From a virus (taxonomy: Duplodnaviria > Caudoviricetes): 25,184 nt of DNA. Positions 6,645 to 15,997 of this stretch are shown piece by piece. Numbering within the stretch: position 1 is the first letter of the stretch; the number at the start of each line of letters is the position of its first letter. The translations under genes and the position numbers were made by a program. The DNA lies in the IMG/VR virus record IMGVR_UViG_3300037510_000271, positions 1 to 25,184 of that record; one strand, given 5' to 3'. The notes below the pieces were generated by a model. That model was given only the letters and a program-made list of their open reading frames with translations. It searched no databases and was not told where the DNA came from.

Positions 6645-6958
6645 TTGTCACCACCGATCAATTTGACGACGTTCAGATACCACCGTGAGAGCGTCTCTGA
6701 CAGTTCGTTGCGCATGTCATGCCAGCGCTCGCGAAGGCCAGTCACTTCACGCTCCAGGTGCTCAACTTTGGTCTCTACGGCCTTCAGTCGCTCGTGAGCG
6801 GCGATATCATCGCGGATATGCTCTGCTAGGTTCTTTTCTGTGCGCTCGTGACGCTCGTCCTGCTTGTCGTCCCTGTTTTGTCCGGCCCAATAAATGACGC
6901 CAATAAGCGCCGCGATTATGCCAATCGCGACGCCGATGACCCATGCCGTGTCCATCAA
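6641..6958 (-). CDS. Membrane-anchored coiled-coil protein (lysis region)
   Basis: N-terminal TM (WVIGVAIGIIAALIGVIYW) followed by heptad repeats; ATGA coupling. Confidence 0.8.
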   Translation of the reverse strand: MMDTAWVIGVAIGIIAALIGVIYWAGQNRDDKQDERHERTEKNLAEHIRDDIAAHERLKAVETKVEHLEREVTGLRERWHDMRNELSETLSRWYLNVVKLIGGDK

Positions 6959-7149
6959 TCCTCGTCGTGATCCATCAGATCCAGCAGCCTTTCGACCTGC
7001 CGAACTTTCTTCACGCGATCCTCCAGCGTAGTGCCTGGAGCGAATTGCAGTTCGATCCTGGCCTCTGCAACGCCAGATACTGCAGTCACGCTTCCGCCCG
7101 AAGGATCTTTGAACCGGCTGATAATGATGTGTCCGCTCTTATGACTCAC
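6955..7149 (-). CDS. Hypothetical protein
   Basis: 64 aa with ATGA overlaps at both ends; AGGAG upstream. Confidence 0.65.
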   Translation of the reverse strand: MSHKSGHIIISRFKDPSGGSVTAVSGVAEARIELQFAPGTTLEDRVKKVRQVERLLDLMDHDED

Positions 7150-7526
7150 GGCTTATCTCCTGCTTGGTGCTTCGGAATCTTGGCGAGTTCAAGACGGATG
7201 TTCATCTCGTCGGTTTCCAGGCGCTGCAAGCGCACCTCACGCTCCATCTCGCGATAGGAAATGATCATCCAGACCGACATAACAATGCCCGCCCCAACCA
7301 GCATTGCCATCGCTACGACCAGCCCAACCACCCACGCGGCGACCTTACCGACGCTTTTGTCGATCGTTAGCGTCAGGCTGATGGGCGCCTTCGAGTCTCT
7401 CAAGTTCGGTAACGCGACTATCGAGTCCCCGGAGTTCGGTGTCGTGCCGGGCATCGGCGCTGTCGTGTCTGGCATCTGAGGATTCGAGTCTGGCGATGTC
7501 TCGGTCATTTTGCTTCTGCCTCTCAC
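7146..7526 (-). CDS. Single-TM membrane protein (start uncertain; GTG 7331 possible)
   Basis: TM VAAWVVGLVVAMAMLVGAGIVMSVWMII then a charged helix; stop coupled to the next gene. Confidence 0.65.
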   Translation of the reverse strand: MRGRSKMTETSPDSNPQMPDTTAPMPGTTPNSGDSIVALPNLRDSKAPISLTLTIDKSVGKVAAWVVGLVVAMAMLVGAGIVMSVWMIISYREMEREVRLQRLETDEMNIRLELAKIPKHQAGDKP

Positions 7527-7725
7527 TGAGAGTTACCCTTAGTTCGGTGACGGAGCTAGACACACTCCAAGTCACCCCAATCAGGGCCACTATGCCTGCC
7601 AGAATCAATCCTTGCAGCAACTGCATGAGCCATTGTCTTTCATTTCCATTGCCGCCACTGATCGCCGTCATCGGTCCACCATATGGGTCGAAATCTTCAG
7701 GAAGCGACTTGTCCACCGTGAGCAC
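7345..7725 (-). CDS. Single-TM coiled-coil protein (lysis region)
   Basis: TM LLQGLILAGIVALIGVTW then a coiled coil ending LDSRVTELERLE. Start at 7725 or 7671. Confidence 0.7.
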   Translation of the reverse strand: MLTVDKSLPEDFDPYGGPMTAISGGNGNERQWLMQLLQGLILAGIVALIGVTWSVSSSVTELRVTLSERQKQNDRDIARLESSDARHDSADARHDTELRGLDSRVTELERLEGAHQPDANDRQKRR

Positions 7726-7754
7726 CTTGCTTGCAGCAGATTGTCATTCCGGTA

Positions 7755-8108
7755 TATGCACGTTCCGCCGTCAATCCTATGGGATAACTTAATGACCACA
7801 CGCGCCATGATCCCCGCTTTTCTAATCCTTTCAGCATCAGCGCAGGCGGCTGACATACAGACGTTTGCGCCTCGTGTTGCGCAGGACGGGTCACAAACAT
7901 GGGTCTATACAACAACGCTTCCAGTTTCCGGTGGAGAGCCGATGCTGCTCGACCGCATTTCAAAGAATCTGGCAAGCGCTCACTGGTGCCTGAGCGGCTG
8001 GGAGATCACCAACCGCATGGAGAGTGCCGCAACCCTGATCGTGGAGGGTCGCTGTAAACGACCTGTGCCTTAGGGCAAGCCACTGGATTGCTGCAACGAA
8101 CGTGCATA
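7755..8108. repeat. Perfect 11-bp inverted repeat pair
   Basis: TATGCACGTTC at 7755-7765 and GAACGTGCATA at 8098-8108, both intergenic. Confidence 0.8.
7792..8073 (+). CDS. Small exported protein with signal peptide
   Basis: MTTRAMIPAFLILSASAQA-ADIQ Sec-type signal with an AQA cleavage site; two Cys (HWC...GRC). Confidence 0.7.
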   Translation: MTTRAMIPAFLILSASAQAADIQTFAPRVAQDGSQTWVYTTTLPVSGGEPMLLDRISKNLASAHWCLSGWEITNRMESAATLIVEGRCKRPVP

Positions 8109-8118
8109 GCATGGTGAT

Positions 8119-8331
8119 ATGCGATATCTACTAATCATTGTCATAGCAAGCTGTGTGCTGGTTGGCTGCTCAATAACTCCAACGCAGAAGAAATTGGCGG
8201 CGCTTGCCGCCGGAGTTCTAGTGGTTGGCGCCATCGCCGCTCATGATTCCGATAGCGGCCGCTCGATGAACACCGCGATCTCCGAACCAAGCGCTCCGTG
8301 CCATCCACAGCCCGACGGGAGCTGTCGCTAG
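8119..8331 (+). CDS. Small lipoprotein
   Basis: MRYLLIIVIASCVLVG-C lipobox, a second hydrophobic Ala/Gly-rich helix, and C-terminal CHPQPDGSC. Confidence 0.8.
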   Translation: MRYLLIIVIASCVLVGCSITPTQKKLAALAAGVLVVGAIAAHDSDSGRSMNTAISEPSAPCHPQPDGSCR

Positions 8332-8687
8332 GGAATGTTATCGTCAATAATCGAACGAAGCGCCGCTGCCTCGTCATCAAACTCTTTCATCATCGGGTCG
8401 TCAGCAGCAAGTAATTCCCTAACTCGGCGCAGCATCTTACGCTCCAGCTCTTCAATTCTCATAAGGCACGCGTCCCTACGGCGACTCTTCGCGAGGTCCC
8501 TCGCGTGCTGCTGATCAGCAACGACAGTACCGAGAGGTGACAGCAGCACCGCTGCGTCGTATCTACCTAGAATGGCCAGCTGGCCTTCCTTTACATGAAC
8601 AGAGATCAGCTCTTTATCGCATGTGACGCGCGAAATAGGCTTCCGTGTTACTTCATCAAAAATTGTGAAAGTCTCCGCTATCTTCAT
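8328..8687 (-). CDS. Hypothetical protein, possible tail fibre assembly chaperone
   Basis: ATGA-coupled to the tail tip gene; beta-rich N-terminus and helical C-terminus. Function inferred from position. Confidence 0.6.
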   Translation of the reverse strand: MKIAETFTIFDEVTRKPISRVTCDKELISVHVKEGQLAILGRYDAAVLLSPLGTVVADQQHARDLAKSRRRDACLMRIEELERKMLRRVRELLAADDPMMKEFDDEAAALRSIIDDNIP

Positions 8688-11600
8688 CTCAGCTGACCCA
8701 CAAGATTAAGAAGGGCCTCGCGCCAATACATGGTCTGAGCTGGAGAACTACCACCGGAACTGAAGTTTCTAGTTGTTTGTAGATACGCATCAATTGTTTG
8801 CCCGGCCGGAACCGCGAAGTCACGTGACCCGCTGAAACTGGCCCAATCTCCTGCGGCTGTGTATCCCTCAAGAATCTGATGCTGATTCCAGACCTCTGAT
8901 CCGTTGATAAATACTCGCACTTGTATCCATGCCTCACCAACCGCTACGCCGCTCGTTGTATTGCTTATTCTGGCTTGGCCTGACCAGGCAACATTCACTT
9001 GCGTTGCCGTATGTACTGGCGACGTATAGGAAGCAGTGCCATTGAGACCGTTGACCTCAAAGACAGGCTGAGTTGCTACCGAATATGCTTGACTTCCATC
9101 AGCCGGCTCTACCGTTACATTCACTGCTGTCGCAGCGTTGGGTTCAATGTCTGGCGTCCCAAGCGCCTCCAGCGCCGTGCCAGGGCCGAAGTGCAGAGAG
9201 TTGACCGCAGCTCCAACATTAAAGAATGAGGCATCTGCGAATAATGTCAGACCGGAAATGGACACGGATCGCAGTTCGACGCGGTCCTTGTAGTATCGGA
9301 TCCAATTGCCATCAAAAGTAATGGCAAACTCGGTCAATGTAGTATATGCACCGCGGTTGCTGCCTATTTGAGTTCCATTCTCAAAGATGTAAACAAGACC
9401 GTCATCGGCTGCATACAGCGCGTAGTCAATCGATGCGAAACTTTGATTCGTTATCGGGTCTGTATTCAGACCAATTATGACTGCCAGGTTCGTTTGATTG
9501 CACTTGAACTTGACGTGGCACGCGGAGTAAGAATCGATGCTATATATGTCAGAATCCCACGCGTTAGTGCCGCCTGCTTTACGTGCTGTCGTTACACCTG
9601 CAATACAATTTCCGCGGGCTACCCAGGGTGATGGCGTGACTGCATTTAACGGTCCGAACTGTAATGCGCTGATGCGCGCACCCGGATCAGCGAATGACGA
9701 GTCCATGAACAGCGTCAGATTCTGCACTGGGACCTGACGAACCAATGCACCGCCCTTGAAGTATTTGATCAGTTTCCCATCGTAGCGAACTTCGAAGATG
9801 GTGCTTGTCGTATATGAGCCGTGGGTCGAGATCGAAACGCCACTCTCGTATATCTCACAGATCCCATCGCTTCTCGCTAGCCATGTGTAGTCAATGCCAG
9901 TGTAATTTTGGTCTGTGGTAGGGTCACTATTGAGCCCGACCATGACAGACGCGTTTGCCTGGTCTGCTCGCCATGTAACAAAGCAGCCATTGAGATACTG
10001 GTCTGGGCTGTATACGTCAGAATCCCAGGCGACACTGCCACCAACCTTTCGCGCAACATCCTCTATGATCTGGCAATTGCCGCGCGCCACAAACCTCGCG
10101 AATACCGTGCCACTGATCCCGCCCGTTGATGACGATGGGAACCACGCAGACGTGACAGCACCGCGACGAGACCTCACCCAGTAGTAGCGCGTGACGCCAC
10201 CGGTAAGCTGATGGTGGTACACGCTCCCGCCGACCGAATCGACAAGCGTAGCGCCAGTACGATCATTAAGGACCGCGGCGTAGATCTCGATGACGTCGAA
10301 CGAGCCAACCGCGGGCAACCCGATTGTCAGAACGTTCTCAAGCTGGCCTGGGCTCACCACCAGCGACGTTGGCGCAGCGGGCAACGTATCCTCATCCTCA
10401 GCCGGCGTCTGCGTCTCTGGGACGTACTGGATGCGGTGCGCGGAGTTCGACAGATCCAGGGCACTGATATATGCCTCGTCGAGATAACCCGCACCTGGCG
10501 ATGTCCATCCTTGCTGGATGAGTTCTGTCGGACCGACCGGCCCGCGGACCGGCAGAGGTGTCCCGTTGATTGGCACACTTCCGCACGCGGCAACGAATTT
10601 CCCTCCAAGGTCAGGTAGAGAGATTCCGGAACCGTCCAGCAGGACGAGTAGTCCGCCGGGGGATCCAGCGCCACCAGAGCCGGGGTACCAGGCTAACGGA
10701 GAAGCCAGCGATGTCGCGGCAGAGCTCGCACCGGAAAGATTGATCGATCCCGAAGCGCCAAATGCTAGACCTCGACAAATTATCGAGAGACCAGCGCCTG
10801 AGTTTCCGCCCGTACCACCTACAGACCTAACCGATGGTGTCGAGCCATCGATTTGGGACGATTGAATCTTGCCACCTCCGCCGCCGGACGTTCCCCTGAG
10901 ATCGCTTGGGATACCAGTGAGCGATGTTCCGCTCACTACCAGATCAAGATATGGAAACGCGGAGTACTGCCCCTGTGTGATCGCGCAAGGCACGGTGCTG
11001 ATGTTAATGCTCCGGCCTGACTGCCGAATTATCGCGCCATCCATGCCTCGGCTATTGCCGATAAACCCAGGCGCGCCCGCTTGAATCGTGTCGTAGCCCG
11101 CCGAATCAGCTACGCCGGTCTTACCTCTACCAAGACCTGTAATGTCGCCGTTGATGGTCCAGAATCCGCGCACGCGGATCTGCACGTTGTTGTTGACCTG
11201 AAGAATCGCACCGTCAGCGAGTTCTAGGTCACCTGGGTAGTAATACACCGCACTGGACGCGTTCATGTTCGCGTTACCGGTGAGGTTATATGTCCCGGGT
11301 TGAATGATACCTACACCGCCAACGACGCTGATCGTACAGACGGTGTTGAGATTCACGCCGACAGCCGTGTAGTAGGCATCGGGCAGCGGACTCGCGTCGG
11401 TCGTCGGTGCATCCACACTTGCACGCCCGGTAGACCCGAACAGTGAGAGCGTCACCTGGCCAGTAGCGAAGTCCTCAACCTTCTGCTGAATCTCAAACGA
11501 ACGATCGATGTAGCTCCCCGAGCCCGCGAAGTCGCGCACATTCTGGAGCTTCACGCGAACAATGTCGCCGACCTCCAAACGGTTGAGACTGGGAAGCACG

Positions 11601-12961
11601 GTAACTTCCATGGTCTCGGGTGCGTACGTGTACCTATCCCGGAGAGCATCAATACGCTTCGCTACGATAGCATCGGTATGCCTGCTACCGTGCAGACCTT
11701 TGAAGCTTAGTTCCTTGATAATCTGTCCGGTGTTGAGGGCCACTGAAGCCGCATCGACAACGAGCTTTTCGCGCGTGAAGTCCTTGTCGTTGTAATTCCA
11801 GTTGACACGGATCTCGTTGAAAAGCCCGTTCATCTCATGCTTAAGCGCCGACCACGAGACCGTGTTCTTCTCGTTCAACTCAACGACGTAGGGCGCGTCG
11901 GCGAGCACATGATTCATCTTCTTTATTCCGATGGTTCCATCGGAATAAATGACTGGGAAACAGCCGAGGAGCTGATACAACTCGGATTCGAGGAACTTCT
12001 TGCCGTCCGTCTTTGTGAGACCTGCGAAGCGCGTGACAAAGCCAGCCGTATCTAGCGCCGGGTCCCAGAGATCGGAACCGAGCCCGGTGAAGTCGCTCAG
12101 CCGCACCCAGGTCGAGGCTATACCCAAGTGCCAGTGCGACGGCAGTGAGGCGCTATCGTTATAGAGCGTGCCCGTCAGGATTGCATAGATCAGCTTAGCC
12201 GCCGGTAGTTCGAGGTAGATGTACTCCTCTACCTTCGGCCGACGATCGGCATCCGTTGAGGCATCCACCTCGTGAGCGACTGCCTGAGTGTTCAGCACGC
12301 CGCGCGTGCAGCCCGTGAACGTGTCTGCCGTCTTTCCTGTGTAGCGGATGATCTCGTCATCTACCTTGATATACCCGACCGTCGAGCTTGGCCCATCGGA
12401 GTAAGACGGCCCATGAAAGACAGTGGAGAATCCGGTCGTCACATAGACCGGGATAGTCGTCGATGTCGCGGTTATGCTATCCCGAAGCGTGGTCTTCTTG
12501 GGCTCAAAGATCTCCTTTCGCTGTTCGCGCGTGATATCACGGCACTGAATCCGATAGACGCCATCATCGAATTCGACATCGCTGACGACTTGCGTCTGAA
12601 AGCGCTGGAAGGCTGTGAAGTCCATGCCTTCATAGCCAACGTACAGCCGCACCTCCTTACCGCGTAGCCCATCACCGCCGCCAAGCTTTGAACGAGTTGC
12701 TAGGGTAAAGGCCGAGCTGAGATCAACCACCTCGAACGACATCGCGCCGATCTCAGTGCGCCCCTCATCCGGCACGATCTTCTGCGAGAACGCCGAAGTA
12801 GCTTTAAGTGCGCCGTCGAATACCGTGCCCGGGACCGTCGTGATACCCGTATGCGAGGTGATATAGAACGACGCGACATCGAAGATGATGGCGACGACAA
12901 AGCGAGGCGATTTCTGCGGAGCAACGTTTGCATTGTGAAAGGTGACTGTGTCAGCTCTCAT
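8684..12961 (-). CDS. Tail tip hub / host-specificity protein (1425 aa)
   Basis: Downstream of the tape measure gene. Hub-like N-terminal half (LEVGDIVRV), Gly-rich segment, FN3-like motif (PAAPTSL...YYWVRSR), and two tandem beta-rich repeats. Confidence 0.88.
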   Translation of the reverse strand: MRADTVTFHNANVAPQKSPRFVVAIIFDVASFYITSHTGITTVPGTVFDGALKATSAFSQKIVPDEGRTEIGAMSFEVVDLSSAFTLATRSKLGGGDGLRGKEVRLYVGYEGMDFTAFQRFQTQVVSDVEFDDGVYRIQCRDITREQRKEIFEPKKTTLRDSITATSTTIPVYVTTGFSTVFHGPSYSDGPSSTVGYIKVDDEIIRYTGKTADTFTGCTRGVLNTQAVAHEVDASTDADRRPKVEEYIYLELPAAKLIYAILTGTLYNDSASLPSHWHLGIASTWVRLSDFTGLGSDLWDPALDTAGFVTRFAGLTKTDGKKFLESELYQLLGCFPVIYSDGTIGIKKMNHVLADAPYVVELNEKNTVSWSALKHEMNGLFNEIRVNWNYNDKDFTREKLVVDAASVALNTGQIIKELSFKGLHGSRHTDAIVAKRIDALRDRYTYAPETMEVTVLPSLNRLEVGDIVRVKLQNVRDFAGSGSYIDRSFEIQQKVEDFATGQVTLSLFGSTGRASVDAPTTDASPLPDAYYTAVGVNLNTVCTISVVGGVGIIQPGTYNLTGNANMNASSAVYYYPGDLELADGAILQVNNNVQIRVRGFWTINGDITGLGRGKTGVADSAGYDTIQAGAPGFIGNSRGMDGAIIRQSGRSINISTVPCAITQGQYSAFPYLDLVVSGTSLTGIPSDLRGTSGGGGGKIQSSQIDGSTPSVRSVGGTGGNSGAGLSIICRGLAFGASGSINLSGASSAATSLASPLAWYPGSGGAGSPGGLLVLLDGSGISLPDLGGKFVAACGSVPINGTPLPVRGPVGPTELIQQGWTSPGAGYLDEAYISALDLSNSAHRIQYVPETQTPAEDEDTLPAAPTSLVVSPGQLENVLTIGLPAVGSFDVIEIYAAVLNDRTGATLVDSVGGSVYHHQLTGGVTRYYWVRSRRGAVTSAWFPSSSTGGISGTVFARFVARGNCQIIEDVARKVGGSVAWDSDVYSPDQYLNGCFVTWRADQANASVMVGLNSDPTTDQNYTGIDYTWLARSDGICEIYESGVSISTHGSYTTSTIFEVRYDGKLIKYFKGGALVRQVPVQNLTLFMDSSFADPGARISALQFGPLNAVTPSPWVARGNCIAGVTTARKAGGTNAWDSDIYSIDSYSACHVKFKCNQTNLAVIIGLNTDPITNQSFASIDYALYAADDGLVYIFENGTQIGSNRGAYTTLTEFAITFDGNWIRYYKDRVELRSVSISGLTLFADASFFNVGAAVNSLHFGPGTALEALGTPDIEPNAATAVNVTVEPADGSQAYSVATQPVFEVNGLNGTASYTSPVHTATQVNVAWSGQARISNTTSGVAVGEAWIQVRVFINGSEVWNQHQILEGYTAAGDWASFSGSRDFAVPAGQTIDAYLQTTRNFSSGGSSPAQTMYWREALLNLVGQLR
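9182..10093 (-). repeat. Tandem duplicated ~148-aa domain in the tail tip protein
   Basis: Both copies run VARGNC...ARKxGG..AWDSD(V/I)YS...GLN(S/T)DP...IDY...LTLFxDxSF...FGP (about 9650-10093 and 9182-9625). Confidence 0.9.
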
Positions 12962-13362
12962 GTCGCGCGCACGCTAATTGATGCTTGGAACCAGTCAGCG
13001 CGCTCGGACCCGACACGCATGAACTCCTGCAGGTCATATCCTTCATCAATGCGCTTCACCGCAGTGAACGAAGCTTCGGACCCATACAACCGCATCTCGA
13101 ACGATTCCCCGGATTCCGTGCTGTTGAGAAACTCAATGAGTTGATTGAGCCTGTCGCCATTGACAGGCTCGAACGTGATCGACCACTCGCGATCCGCTTT
13201 GTGATACAGCGTCTCGGTGGCTCCGCCGCGCGCACGAACCTCTGTTTTGTCGACCCGACGTGACCGCTGCTCAGTCGTGACGCCGATTTCAATCAAGTAC
13301 TGCTGATTGACGATGTGATCAGCGAGCGTCGAGCGCTTCGCCGTGTAGCGGAAATCAGCCAC
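12958..13362 (-). CDS. Putative distal tail / minor tail protein
   Basis: Between tape measure and tail tip genes, coupled to both; AGGAG RBS with GTG start; 134 aa. Confidence 0.65.
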   Translation of the reverse strand: MADFRYTAKRSTLADHIVNQQYLIEIGVTTEQRSRRVDKTEVRARGGATETLYHKADREWSITFEPVNGDRLNQLIEFLNSTESGESFEMRLYGSEASFTAVKRIDEGYDLQEFMRVGSERADWFQASISVRAT

Positions 13363-15334
13363 CTAGAATCTCCTGCGCCTGACGGCTACCAGGGCCAAAG
13401 ATGATGACGTCGCGGTCGTCGGCGGCCTCACGAATGCCCGCGATGATCTGATCCATCACGCGCTGGTCGAAGCCAACGTTGTTTGCAATAACAACCTGAA
13501 TCGCATTTTGAGACGTTGCGCCAAACTGACCACTAGAACTCGATTGAGACGATGTAACGAATGCAGGATTGAGGGCAGTTCCTACAGGGGATCTGCCACC
13601 CCCCGACGTGACGTCAGCGATCTGCAAAGCTCCAGTAGCAGCGATCAATGCCGCCTGGATGCGTCCCTGTGCAAGAACTGCAGCCTTGGCCGCGGTCGCT
13701 GTTGCAAGCGATGCCGGAACACCAGGAATGAGCTGTGAGGCAAATGCCAGTTCTGCCGCAAGTTTGTTGTTGATCAGCAGTCGTTGAATAGCGATGGCCT
13801 TTTCCAGCACAATCGCGGCTATTGCAAACGCTTTGTTTTTTGCTCCAAGCGCTTGCAATAGCCCGACAGTCAAATCAGCCGTTTGAGCTCTAACTTCAAT
13901 GGTTGCTCGCTCCGCATCTACTATAGTGTCATAGCGAGCCTTTGCTGAATCTTCCTCCAGCTTGTTCCGACGCTGGAGCTCCGCCTTGAAAAACTCTGTT
14001 GTTTCGCTAAAGATCTCTCTTTGATTCTGGGCCGTTTCGCTGATCAGATCATTATTGATCTCAGCCTGTTGCTCAAATGTCAACGCGATCGGATCTTGGA
14101 CCGTGAGTGCGCCGCCTTTTGATGCTATAGATTGCGCCGCTACAGCCTGCTCGGCCTTGGTGCGCGATGCCTCCATGATTGCAACGATCTCGTCCTGAAT
14201 CTGTTGCAGAGACTTTATCTTCCGCAACGATTCCTCCGCTTGCTGGAAGTTCGCCTGCGCAGAGGATTTCAGAATGCTGGTAGTTGCCTCGACAGCTTTG
14301 TTGACGTCTTCCTGGAACTTAGGATCAAAGAGCAGTCCGGGATTCGAGAAGGATGCCAGCGTTGCCGAACCACGAATAACTAGCTCATTCAACGAAGCGA
14401 GAGCTTGATTCACTAGCCCGGCCAGGCCGAGTAACACAGATTTAAATAGTCGAGCTGCGTTCGCCGCAATCTCAAACGCAGTCACAAACGTTCCGCCAAG
14501 AATGCTGCCCGCGGCAGTAAGCACCTGTGTGGTTCCAGTCAAATCTTGAATCTGCCGAGACAATTCCTCGACGAATGGGGCCAACCCAAGCGCGAAGCGC
14601 TGAGCGCCTGCCTTCGAGATGTCCCCCAGTCGCGAAAGTTCAACATTCGCCCGTTCGATCTGCTTAGTCTCGACGCGATTTAATGCGATGCTAAATCGCT
14701 GCGTGAACCTGGTCGCCTCATCGAGCGCGGTTCCGCCAGCCTGAATGATCGCAAACGACTCAATCGCGCTCTCACCCATCAGGCGTTCAGCAACCGATAA
14801 CTGCTCACTTTTCTCGGTTACTCGCGAAATAGCATTTGCGTACGTAACGAAAAGTTGATCTGGCCTTAGTCTCTGTAGCTCGCTGATATCCAGGCCAAGT
14901 TTCTTTATGAACTTGCCGGCCTCACCCGTACCAGATGCTGCTTCACCGAGCCTCTTCTGTGCCTCAAGCAGCAGTTTGTTTGTTTGCTCAAGACCGACGC
15001 CCGCCTCCTGTCCCACAATCTGAAAGGCCCGCAAGGCTTCCGTGGTTATGCCAAGCTTGTCAGCGGTTTTCGCCAGGAGCGACGCGGCATCTGCCGCCTC
15101 TTTTATGAGGTTCGCAATGAACGCAACGGAGAACGCCTGCGTAGCACGCCGTACTGTTTTTTCTAGCGAACCAAATCGACCTTCGACCTGCTTGATCCGC
15201 TTCTCAGAAGTCTGATTCAGCAACTCAATTTGGCGGCCAAAACCCTTCAGCCCATTGATAAGACTAATGATGCCAGCGTTCGCCCTCTGAACTTCGACGG
15301 CGAAATCAACTGTTACTGTTCCGGCGCTTGCCAT
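13355..15334 (-). CDS. Tail tape measure protein
   Basis: 659 aa, Ala/Leu/Gln-rich helical; LAKTADKLGITTEAL motif; follows the G/T chaperones. Confidence 0.93.
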   Translation of the reverse strand: MASAGTVTVDFAVEVQRANAGIISLINGLKGFGRQIELLNQTSEKRIKQVEGRFGSLEKTVRRATQAFSVAFIANLIKEAADAASLLAKTADKLGITTEALRAFQIVGQEAGVGLEQTNKLLLEAQKRLGEAASGTGEAGKFIKKLGLDISELQRLRPDQLFVTYANAISRVTEKSEQLSVAERLMGESAIESFAIIQAGGTALDEATRFTQRFSIALNRVETKQIERANVELSRLGDISKAGAQRFALGLAPFVEELSRQIQDLTGTTQVLTAAGSILGGTFVTAFEIAANAARLFKSVLLGLAGLVNQALASLNELVIRGSATLASFSNPGLLFDPKFQEDVNKAVEATTSILKSSAQANFQQAEESLRKIKSLQQIQDEIVAIMEASRTKAEQAVAAQSIASKGGALTVQDPIALTFEQQAEINNDLISETAQNQREIFSETTEFFKAELQRRNKLEEDSAKARYDTIVDAERATIEVRAQTADLTVGLLQALGAKNKAFAIAAIVLEKAIAIQRLLINNKLAAELAFASQLIPGVPASLATATAAKAAVLAQGRIQAALIAATGALQIADVTSGGGRSPVGTALNPAFVTSSQSSSSGQFGATSQNAIQVVIANNVGFDQRVMDQIIAGIREAADDRDVIIFGPGSRQAQEILGG

Positions 15335-15661
15335 GTTTCTTCCGGATGTGCTCGGCTTGCTCCGGCGTCAGATCCGGAACAGAAGACTTAGATTGAGGAT
15401 AAAAATCCTGCGGTGTTACAGCTTTAGGACGGCGGCGACCCTTCGGAACGGGAATGGTCGCGTAGATAGCGTTGACTATTGACGATGCGAGAACTCCAAG
15501 CTTCCAACGCTCCCAGTCGTAACCGAATGGCTCAACACGTGAGTAAGCAATCCACCGCGTGAACTCTTCGGAACTCATCCGCTGCTGCAACTCATCGACC
15601 GTGCAGCCGATGTGAAGCGCGATCCTGTGCCACAGCACGAGCTCAGGATCGCGCGCTAGTT
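15306..15661 (-). CDS. Tail assembly chaperone gpT-like segment (probably expressed as a G-T fusion)
   Basis: IALHIGCTVDELQQRMSSEEFTRWIAYSRVEPFG; open in the -1 frame from the slippery site. Confidence 0.85.
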
Positions 15662-15997
15662 TTTTTCCGACTCCTCACGCGCTTCTTTCGTAAGACCGGA
15701 GACTTCGAAGATCTTTAGGGCGATCTTCTGCCAGTCGTCCCCATCGATATCCAACTTGTCCGCATCGAGCTGCCGCCGCGATTCTTCCTTCGACAAGTCG
15801 TAGCAGATGGTGCCGTCTTCGTCGCAGAGCCCTAATGCCGCGATCTCGTGCATCGGTGGCATGTCACCCTTGGTTACTCTCGCGCTATAAGCAGCACGCT
15901 CTACCGAGCCCATCGATTTCACGTACACCGTGCCAGTACTGATCTCGCACGGATGCACCTTCCGCTTCGCCTTACGGAGAACTTCTAACGTGCTCAT
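15656..15997 (-). CDS. Tail assembly chaperone gpG-like
   Basis: Directly after the tail tube gene; LCDEDG motif; ends EKN at the slippery site. Confidence 0.85.
   Translation of the reverse strand: MSTLEVLRKAKRKVHPCEISTGTVYVKSMGSVERAAYSARVTKGDMPPMHEIAALGLCDEDGTICYDLSKEESRRQLDADKLDIDGDDWQKIALKIFEVSGLTKEAREESEKN
15659..15665 (-). other. Programmed -1 ribosomal frameshift slippery heptamer A AAA AAC
   Basis: GAA AAA AAC TAG ends gpG; the -1 frame reads AAA CTA GCG CGC GAT CCT GAG CTC GTG CTG TGG into gpT. Confidence 0.88.

Noticed and set aside
9182-10093. Tail repeats as a diversity-generating retroelement TR/VR pair
   Set aside because: Both copies are in-frame coding, differ at all base types, and no reverse transcriptase is present in the window.
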